A stretch of DNA of 32,000 nt from the NCBI RefSeq assembly GCF_900149915.1, contig NZ_LT827011.1, one strand, 5' to 3'. A program made the position numbers and the translations under genes. The DNA comes from Escherichia coli O127:H6 (GTDB lineage: Bacteria > Pseudomonadota > Gammaproteobacteria > Enterobacterales > Enterobacteriaceae). Shown here piece after piece: positions 26,428 through 32,000 of the stretch. Under the pieces are notes generated by a model. The model searched no databases. It saw only the letters and a list, made by a program, of their open reading frames with translations, and was not told the DNA's origin. Every line of letters begins with the position of its first letter. Position 1 is the stretch's first letter.

Positions 26428-26856
26428 ATGGATGCATTATGCTATTGCCTCTCTCATGAAAAGAGACTAACAGTAAATATGAATAATATTAATCAATCGG
26501 AAAACATTAATATTCAGTTAAATAAAGCATCCCAAACAAATGTCGTTGATGAGCATATCCCGTTAGCATCAACCCCCTCTGCAGCCGGAGCGGCTCAGTT
26601 TCTTGATCAATTACTCCCTAAAACGGCGGGAGTGTCTTCCCCAGAACAAGTGTTGATTGAGGAAATTAAAAAGCGACATCTTGCAACAATGAACACCGAT
26701 CTCAGTTTCGATGCACTATCTGCAGGTGGGCTCTCGCCCGAAGATGTACTCACTTTACAAAAGAATGTGCTCAACGCAAACGTCAATGTTGATGTCGTAT
26801 CTAAGTTAGCAAGCCTCCTTTCAACATCGGTTACAAAATTAGTTTCGATGCAATAA
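26428..26856 (+). CDS. escI: rOrf8 / EscI, T3SS inner rod protein (YscI/PrgJ-like)
   Basis: 142-aa ORF from the ATG at 26428; an internal ATG (MNNINQSENI..., residue 18) is an alternative start. It lies between espZ and escJ as in LEE2, and its C-terminal helix (LSTSVTKLVSMQ) is typical of rod and needle proteins. Confidence 0.8.
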   Translation: MDALCYCLSHEKRLTVNMNNINQSENINIQLNKASQTNVVDEHIPLASTPSAAGAAQFLDQLLPKTAGVSSPEQVLIEEIKKRHLATMNTDLSFDALSAGGLSPEDVLTLQKNVLNANVNVDVVSKLASLLSTSVTKLVSMQ

Positions 26857-26858
26857 AA

Positions 26859-27431
26859 ATGAAAAAACACATTAAAAACCTTTTTTTATTGGCTGCTATT
26901 TGTTTGACAGTGGCATGTAAAGAGCAATTGTATACAGGATTAACAGAAAAAGAAGCTAATCAGATGCAAGCACTGTTGCTATCCAATGATGTCAATGTTT
27001 CCAAAGAAATGGACAAAAGTGGAAATATGACACTCAGTGTGGAAAAAGAGGATTTTGTTCGCGCAATAACGATTTTAAATAATAACGGCTTCCCGAAAAA
27101 GAAATTTGCAGATATCGAGGTTATTTTCCCACCCAGCCAGTTAGTGGCATCGCCATCACAAGAAAATGCAAAAATCAACTATCTCAAAGAACAAGACATC
27201 GAAAGGTTGCTAAGTAAAATACCCGGTGTTATCGATTGCAGCGTTTCATTAAATGTTAACAATAACGAAAGTCAACCATCCTCAGCAGCCGTTTTAGTCA
27301 TCAGCTCGCCAGAGGTTAACTTAGCACCATCGGTCATTCAGATAAAAAACCTGGTTAAGAATAGTGTCGACGATCTCAAATTAGAAAATATTAGTGTTGT
27401 TATCAAGTCATCCTCAGGACAGGACGGGTAA
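26859..27431 (+). CDS. escJ: T3SS inner-membrane ring lipoprotein EscJ (YscJ/PrgK family)
   Basis: 190-aa ORF MKKHIKNLFLLAAICLTVAC|KEQLYTGLTEKEANQM with a lipoprotein-like signal ending in Cys. The conserved LYTGL..EANxM motif of the YscJ family is present. Confidence 0.96.
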   Translation: MKKHIKNLFLLAAICLTVACKEQLYTGLTEKEANQMQALLLSNDVNVSKEMDKSGNMTLSVEKEDFVRAITILNNNGFPKKKFADIEVIFPPSQLVASPSQENAKINYLKEQDIERLLSKIPGVIDCSVSLNVNNNESQPSSAAVLVISSPEVNLAPSVIQIKNLVKNSVDDLKLENISVVIKSSSGQDG

Positions 27432-27436
27432 TATGT

Positions 27437-27892
27437 ATGAACAATAATAATGGCATAGCAAAGAATGATTGTGACTGGCTAACGGCCCTTGATTTTGTAA
27501 AGGATGTCAACGGTTCACCAACGCATCTCACTTTTTATATCTACCAAAAAAATGCTTTCTTGCACGATTTTGGAAACTACTGGGTTCTATATATCGAGCT
27601 TAGTGGTGATTTTCGTCAGATTCCAACAGATACATTTATCAGACTCTGCAATATCCTGGCCGTTAGTAAAGAATATAAACAAATGGGTATTTTCCTGTCT
27701 AATAAGAAGTGGTATCTTTGCCAAATTTTTCATAAAGATAATAATCATCGCGCAAACATGTCAAAAGCAATAATGCAACATACTCTCGCCTCGTTGCTCG
27801 ACAAGCAATTTGATAAACTAGAGCAATCATCTTCATCAGATACAATGATGCCGCCAACACACTTGTTTTCTGATATAGGACGAATTGTGTAA
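27437..27892 (+). CDS. sepD: SepD, secretion-hierarchy switch protein (partner of SepL)
   Basis: 151-aa ORF MNNNNGIAKNDCDWLTALDFVKDVNGSPTHLTFYIYQ... between escJ and escC. Its TAA stop overlaps the escC ATG by 1 nt (TAATG). Confidence 0.92.
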   Translation: MNNNNGIAKNDCDWLTALDFVKDVNGSPTHLTFYIYQKNAFLHDFGNYWVLYIELSGDFRQIPTDTFIRLCNILAVSKEYKQMGIFLSNKKWYLCQIFHKDNNHRANMSKAIMQHTLASLLDKQFDKLEQSSSSDTMMPPTHLFSDIGRIV

Positions 27893-29430
27893 TGAAAAAA
27901 ATAAGTTTTTTTATTTTTACAGCACTATTTTGCTGCAGTGCACAAGCTGCCCCGTCCTCTCTGGAAAAAAGATTAGGCAAGAACGAATATTTTATTATTA
28001 CTAAAAGTTCTCCAGTACGTGCAATCCTTAATGACTTTGCTGCTAACTACAGCATTCCTGTTTTCATCAGTAGTTCCGTGAATGATGATTTCTCTGGCGA
28101 AATAAAAAATGAAAAACCTGTAAAAGTACTGGAAAAACTGTCCAAACTCTATCATCTCACATGGTATTATGATGAGAACATCTTGTATATTTATAAAACA
28201 AATGAAATATCAAGAAGTATAATTACACCAACATATCTGGATATTGACTCACTGCTAAAATATCTGAGTGATACAATCTCAGTAAACAAAAACTCTTGCA
28301 ATGTGAGAAAAATTACGACATTTAACTCGATTGAAGTTCGGGGTGTTCCTGAATGTATAAAATATATTACATCTTTATCAGAAAGTCTTGATAAAGAGGC
28401 ACAGTCTAAAGCCAAAAATAAAGATGTTGTTAAGGTCTTTAAACTGAACTATGCGTCAGCGACAGATATAACATACAAATACCGTGACCAAAATGTTGTC
28501 GTCCCAGGTGTTGTCTCCATTCTGAAGACAATGGCAAGTAATGGTTCGCTTCCCAGTACCGGTAAAGGTGCCGTCGAGCGAAGCGGTAACCTGTTTGATA
28601 ACAGTGTAACGATTTCCGCTGATCCACGTCTTAATGCAGTTGTTGTAAAAGACCGCGAAATAACGATGGATATCTATCAGCAATTAATTTCTGAGCTTGA
28701 TATTGAACAAAGGCAAATTGAAATTTCTGTCTCAATTATTGATGTTGATGCAAACGATCTTCAGCAGCTCGGCGTAAACTGGTCCGGTACGTTAAATGCA
28801 GGACAAGGTACGATTGCCTTTAATAGCTCTACCGCACAGGCTAATATCAGCTCTTCTGTGATAAGTAATGCCAGTAATTTTATGATTAGGGTGAATGCGT
28901 TACAACAGAACTCGAAAGCTAAAATACTCTCTCAGCCGTCAATTATAACCTTAAATAATATGCAGGCGATTCTTGATAAAAACGTAACGTTTTATACAAA
29001 AGTCTCCGGAGAAAAGGTGGCGTCTCTGGAAAGTATTACAAGCGGAACATTGCTGAGAGTGACACCACGTATACTTGATGACAGCTCGAATAGTCTTACC
29101 GGAAAACGTCGGGAACGAGTTCGTTTGTTACTTGATATTCAGGATGGCAATCAATCGACTAACCAAAGCAATGCTCAGGATGCCAGCAGCACCTTACCTG
29201 AAGTACAAAATTCAGAAATGACAACAGAAGCGACATTAAGTGCAGGAGAAAGTTTATTACTTGGCGGATTTATCCAAGATAAAGAAAGTTCAAGTAAAGA
29301 TGGTATACCGCTGTTAAGCGACATTCCTGTTATTGGTAGTTTATTCTCCAGTACGGTAAAACAAAAACATAGTGTTGTTCGACTCTTTTTAATTAAAGCA
29401 ACCCCGATAAAATCTGCATCTAGCGAATAA
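27892..29430 (+). CDS. escC: T3SS outer-membrane secretin EscC (YscC/InvG family)
   Basis: 512-aa ORF with a signal peptide (MKKISFFIFTALFCCSAQA) and a secretin C-domain (ILSQPSIITLNNMQAIL...GIPLLSDIPVIGSLFS). Confidence 0.97.
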   Translation: MKKISFFIFTALFCCSAQAAPSSLEKRLGKNEYFIITKSSPVRAILNDFAANYSIPVFISSSVNDDFSGEIKNEKPVKVLEKLSKLYHLTWYYDENILYIYKTNEISRSIITPTYLDIDSLLKYLSDTISVNKNSCNVRKITTFNSIEVRGVPECIKYITSLSESLDKEAQSKAKNKDVVKVFKLNYASATDITYKYRDQNVVVPGVVSILKTMASNGSLPSTGKGAVERSGNLFDNSVTISADPRLNAVVVKDREITMDIYQQLISELDIEQRQIEISVSIIDVDANDLQQLGVNWSGTLNAGQGTIAFNSSTAQANISSSVISNASNFMIRVNALQQNSKAKILSQPSIITLNNMQAILDKNVTFYTKVSGEKVASLESITSGTLLRVTPRILDDSSNSLTGKRRERVRLLLDIQDGNQSTNQSNAQDASSTLPEVQNSEMTTEATLSAGESLLLGGFIQDKESSSKDGIPLLSDIPVIGSLFSSTVKQKHSVVRLFLIKATPIKSASSE

Positions 29431-29443
29431 TAAATGAGGCTTT

Positions 29444-29899
29444 ATGAGCAGGAAATTTAGCTCTCTAGAGGATATTTATGATTTCTACCAGGATGGTGGC
29501 ACATTAGCGTCATTAACAAATCTGACACAACAAGATCTCAATGACCTTCATTCTTATGCCTATACAGCATATCAATCTGGTGATGTAATAACCGCAAGAA
29601 ATCTATTCCATTTGCTCACATATCTGGAACACTGGAATTATGACTACACCTTATCTCTGGGCTTATGCCATCAGCGTTTATCAAATCATGAAGATGCACA
29701 ACTGTGTTTCGCACGCTGTGCAACTTTAGTTATGCAAGATCCCAGGGCATCTTATTATTCTGGAATTAGCTACTTACTCGTCGGAAATAAGAAAATGGCC
29801 AAGAAAGCCTTTAAGGCTTGTTTAATGTGGTGTAATGAAAAAGAAAAATACACTACATATAAAGAAAATATTAAAAAATTGTTAGGTAATACAGAGTAA
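29444..29899 (+). CDS. cesD: CesD, TPR-type class II chaperone for EspD/EspB (LcrH/SycD family)
   Basis: 151-aa ORF MSRKFSSLEDIYDFYQDGGTLASLTNLTQQDLNDLHSYAYTAYQSGD... with an LcrH/SycD-like TPR pattern and a GAGG RBS. It is the last gene of LEE2. Confidence 0.94.
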   Translation: MSRKFSSLEDIYDFYQDGGTLASLTNLTQQDLNDLHSYAYTAYQSGDVITARNLFHLLTYLEHWNYDYTLSLGLCHQRLSNHEDAQLCFARCATLVMQDPRASYYSGISYLLVGNKKMAKKAFKACLMWCNEKEKYTTYKENIKKLLGNTE

Positions 29900-29919
29900 A
29901 AACTACCATCAGCTATACC

Positions 29920-29946
29920 AATCCCCAGGCTGACTGGGGATTTTCT
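29920..29946 (+). terminator. Rho-independent terminator of LEE2 (after cesD); stem resembles ERIC terminal repeat sequence
   Basis: Perfect 9-bp stem aatccccag (29920-29928) / ctggggatt (29934-29942) with loop gctga, followed by ttct. It begins 21 nt after the cesD stop. Confidence 0.65.
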
Positions 29947-30282
29947 ATCGGAAATAATAAAGCTGCTATAGTGAAGTGCTCCCAAAGTTGAGCACCGACC
30001 ACTGGTAGATTTATCTACAGGTGTGGGGTTATTCCATTAACCAGGATTTTATGCCCTGAACTATCTTCTGCTGTATTTAATATCATTTCCGTTTATGAAA
30101 CAATCTGTATATCTTAACTTAGCATTAGAAATCTGATCTTTCCAATCATCTATAGCTCAGAGTATATTTGTCAGGAAATGACCTTCAAACTTTAGCCGAG
30201 AAAAAGGCTTACCCTGGAAAACAAAACCCTTAAATATAGCTTTATTTTTATTCTTCTATAAAATATACTCAAAAAATTACGT

Positions 30283-30696
30283 CTAACTCTCCTTTTTCCG
30301 CCTCAAGATCATTTCGTTCCAGATATTAGACTGTCCCACAATACCATTACCAACTCGGTAGGTTTTTCTTTTTGGTCCGGTTGATCCAGGACTTTCTATC
30401 GGAACCGCCTCAAGGTTAACATCATAAATGAAAATCTCAAGGCGCTTATAATGCAAATTACCATAACTAACATATCTGACACGAAATGAAATTTTTTCTT
30501 TTCTTCTCGATATATAAGTTATAATAAATGATGCTCTCCTCAGGTTTATACCGAATGCTTCGGCAATATCATTGCGAGAAATCCATTTCTCCTGCAATTT
30601 ACACCAAAGAGAAACCAAGATATACAGAGGTTCACCATCGTAATTCTTTACTGAGTCAGGAATTACATAGTCGCCATTTTTATTTTTAGATTCCAT
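30283..30696 (-). CDS. grlA: GrlA, global regulator of LEE activator (CaiF-like HTH)
   Basis: 137-aa ORF MESKNKNGDYVIPDSVKNYDGEPLYILVSLWCKLQEKWISRNDIAEAFGINLRRASFIITYISRR..., recognised as GrlA (orf11). It lies downstream of grlR on the same strand. Confidence 0.94.
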   Translation of the reverse strand: MESKNKNGDYVIPDSVKNYDGEPLYILVSLWCKLQEKWISRNDIAEAFGINLRRASFIITYISRRKEKISFRVRYVSYGNLHYKRLEIFIYDVNLEAVPIESPGSTGPKRKTYRVGNGIVGQSNIWNEMILRRKKES

Positions 30697-30751
30697 TTTC
30701 CATATTCTTTTTATTTGATAAATAAATCGACATAAAAAACATACATAAAAA

Positions 30752-31123
30752 TTATTCTAAATAAACTTGTGGCATTCCTGTGTTTTTAATAATTAATGGT
30801 TCTATAAATTTGGCATAAACATCAACAAACAATTTTTCATTTCCTCTTACATGGCAATGTAATGTGAGATTATTATCATTACTCAGTACTTTTTTAGGGA
30901 TAACTAATTGATAATCTTGTTCAATGTTTAGCACCGAGGGAATTTCGTAATTATATCGATGGACATGAAGTATGATGTCCTCATCTTCAGAGAGAACCCC
31001 CTGATACACAGAAGCAATATCGCCGCCAGTGATCATATTTCCATTTTTAATCAGTATACCTTCCCCACAGGAGTCTTCATTGCTAATAAATATAATGCTA
31101 TAGATGCCATCCTTCATAATCAT
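30752..31123 (-). CDS. grlR: GrlR, global regulator of LEE repressor
   Basis: 123-aa ORF MIMKDGIYSIIFISNEDSCGEGILIKNGNMITGGDIASVYQGVL..., recognised as GrlR (orf10). Confidence 0.94.
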   Translation of the reverse strand: MIMKDGIYSIIFISNEDSCGEGILIKNGNMITGGDIASVYQGVLSEDEDIILHVHRYNYEIPSVLNIEQDYQLVIPKKVLSNDNNLTLHCHVRGNEKLFVDVYAKFIEPLIIKNTGMPQVYLE

Positions 31124-31318
31124 AACTCACTCAGTTTCATACTAACCTCACTCCTTTCAATTTGTTCTATCCATAAGCAATATCAAGAATAATGGAGACC
31201 TTTCTTTTTCTCCAGATTGCAATGTAATATATCATTAAATATACTCATGTTTCAACCTGCTGTTTCCCTGGTTAACATATGTAATTTCTGATTAATAATA
31301 TTGAGTAACAACGTAAAA
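31124..31318. promoter_or_regulatory. grlRA-etgA divergent intergenic (promoter) region
   Basis: 195-bp gap between the divergent starts of grlR (31123, minus) and etgA (31319, plus). Promoter function is inferred from the geometry; no boxes were assigned. Confidence 0.45.
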
Positions 31319-31777
31319 ATGAAAAAAATAATACTGAGTATCATTCTCATTTCAAATTACTGTAATGCTTCCGATTGTTTTGAAATTACAGGAAAAGCAT
31401 ATAACATAGATCCACTAATATTAAAAGCAATTGCATGGAATGAATCAAAATGCAAAAGCGGAATAAAAAGCAAAACAAACAAAAACGGAACGTATGATAT
31501 AGGTATAATGCAAATTAATTCATCTCATTTAGATTTATTAAGCAAATTTAATATATCTGAAGATGATTTATTGAATAATGCCTGTATAAACATATCTGTT
31601 GCTGGTTATATCTTAGCCTCTAACATAAAATACAGAGGGAATACATGGGATGCAGTTGGTGCGTATAATGCAGGTTACTTTAATACACCAAATGCAGTAG
31701 AACTCAGAAGGCAATACGCAATGAAAATATATAAAACATATAATAAATTAAAGAATAATGAGCAAATTATCGATTAA
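31319..31777 (+). CDS. etgA: EtgA (rOrf3), T3SS-associated peptidoglycan lytic transglycosylase
   Basis: The ORF track starts at a TTG (31301). The ATG at 31319 gives 152 aa, MKKIILSIILISNYCNA|SDCF..., a signal peptide. SLT-type motifs AWNES (catalytic Glu-Ser), GIMQIN and AYNAG are present. Confidence 0.92.
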   Translation: MKKIILSIILISNYCNASDCFEITGKAYNIDPLILKAIAWNESKCKSGIKSKTNKNGTYDIGIMQINSSHLDLLSKFNISEDDLLNNACINISVAGYILASNIKYRGNTWDAVGAYNAGYFNTPNAVELRRQYAMKIYKTYNKLKNNEQIID

Positions 31778-32000
31778 TAATCAAGGTCTATCGCAATACG
31801 AATCAATTGTGCCACAGGTTCAAAAAAGTCTTCTGTTATATATTGTCCTTTATGTATATTCTTATAGAGACTTCTTGCTAAAGGAATATCTTCAATCACT
31901 GGAATATCATAGAGTTCAGCCAGTTTAATGATCTGTAGAGCTTTGGCATCTTTTCCTGTTTCAATAACTAAAGGTAATGGAGTCTCCCCAAGTTTATAGT
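31774..32000 (-). CDS. escU: 3' end (C-terminal ~75 aa) of T3SS export apparatus switch protein EscU (YscU/FlhB family); gene continues beyond the right window edge
   Basis: Own minus-strand translation: ...YKLGETPLPLVIETGKDAKALQIIKLAELYDIPVIEDIPLARSLYKNIHKGQYITEDFFEPVAQLIRIAIDLDY*, with the stop at 31776-31774. The pattern IPxxExxPLARxLY is typical of the FlhB/YscU C-terminal domain. It is absent from the ORF track because its start lies outside the window. Confidence 0.93.
   Translation of the reverse strand, partial: YKLGETPLPLVIETGKDAKALQIIKLAELYDIPVIEDIPLARSLYKNIHKGQYITEDFFEPVAQLIRIAIDLDY

Larger units (their letters stand above)
5124..32000. mobile_element. Locus of enterocyte effacement (LEE) pathogenicity island, selC-proximal ~26.9 kb; continues past the right window edge
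   Basis: The sequence changes abruptly from GC-balanced core genes to visibly AT-rich DNA right after selC. The full LEE4-escD-LEE5-map-cesF-LEE3-LEE2-grlRA-etgA-escU gene order is recognised. selC is the classical LEE integration site in EPEC E2348/69 and EHEC O157. Confidence 0.95.

Noticed and set aside
27504-28683. Alternative-frame and antisense ORFs within sepD and escC (27504-27773(+), 27699-27980(-), 27973-28155(-), 28191-28415(-), 28439-28683(-))
   Set aside because: They are nested in the strongly supported sepD and escC coding regions, and nothing supports independent expression.
31301-31777. 158-aa EtgA ORF starting at TTG 31301
   Set aside because: The ATG at 31319 begins a canonical signal peptide (MKKIILSIILISNYCNA) and gives the expected 152 aa. 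Nothing supports the TTG.
5124-32000. Possibility that the island encodes a previously undescribed system
   Set aside because: Every non-nested ORF corresponds in order, size and motifs to a named LEE gene. The formerly anonymous small ORFs (orf12, orf15, orf16, orf29, rorf3, rorf8, rorf10) all now have assigned T3SS functions. The remaining gaps are short non-coding regions.

Overview
The window holds the E. coli chromosomal yicI-yicJ-selC locus (1-5123), then about 26.9 kb of the locus of enterocyte effacement (LEE) type III secretion pathogenicity island, inserted directly 3' of tRNA-Sec (selC). The island runs in reverse orientation relative to the conventional LEE map. In window order it contains an IS3-family relic, LEE4 (espF, escG/orf29, escF, cesD2, espB, espD, espA, sepL; minus strand) and escD (plus). 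Next come LEE5 (eae, cesT, tir; minus), map (minus), cesF (plus) and LEE3 (espH, sepQ/escQ, escP/orf16, escO/orf15, escN, escV, cesL/orf12; minus). It ends with LEE2 (espZ, escI/rorf8, escJ, sepD, escC, cesD; plus), grlA-grlR (minus), etgA/rorf3 (plus) and the 3' end of escU (LEE1, minus, cut by the window edge). From memory, the protein lengths and motifs match the EPEC O127:H6 E2348/69-type LEE rather than the EHEC O157 type: EspF has three proline-rich repeats in 206 aa, Tir is 550 aa with Y474, intimin is 939 aa from the internal ATG, and EspH is 168 aa. The left edge carries the 5' part of an HTH/PRD-type regulator that I do not recall from the K-12 yicH-yicI context. I find no evidence for an undescribed system. 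Every substantial ORF that is not a nested or antisense artefact is a known LEE or core gene. The findings are therefore boundary features, repeats, hairpins, start-codon corrections and small non-coding puzzles. No CRISPR array, rRNA or integrase is present. Gene identities come from my recognition of the translated sequences and motifs; no database search was possible.
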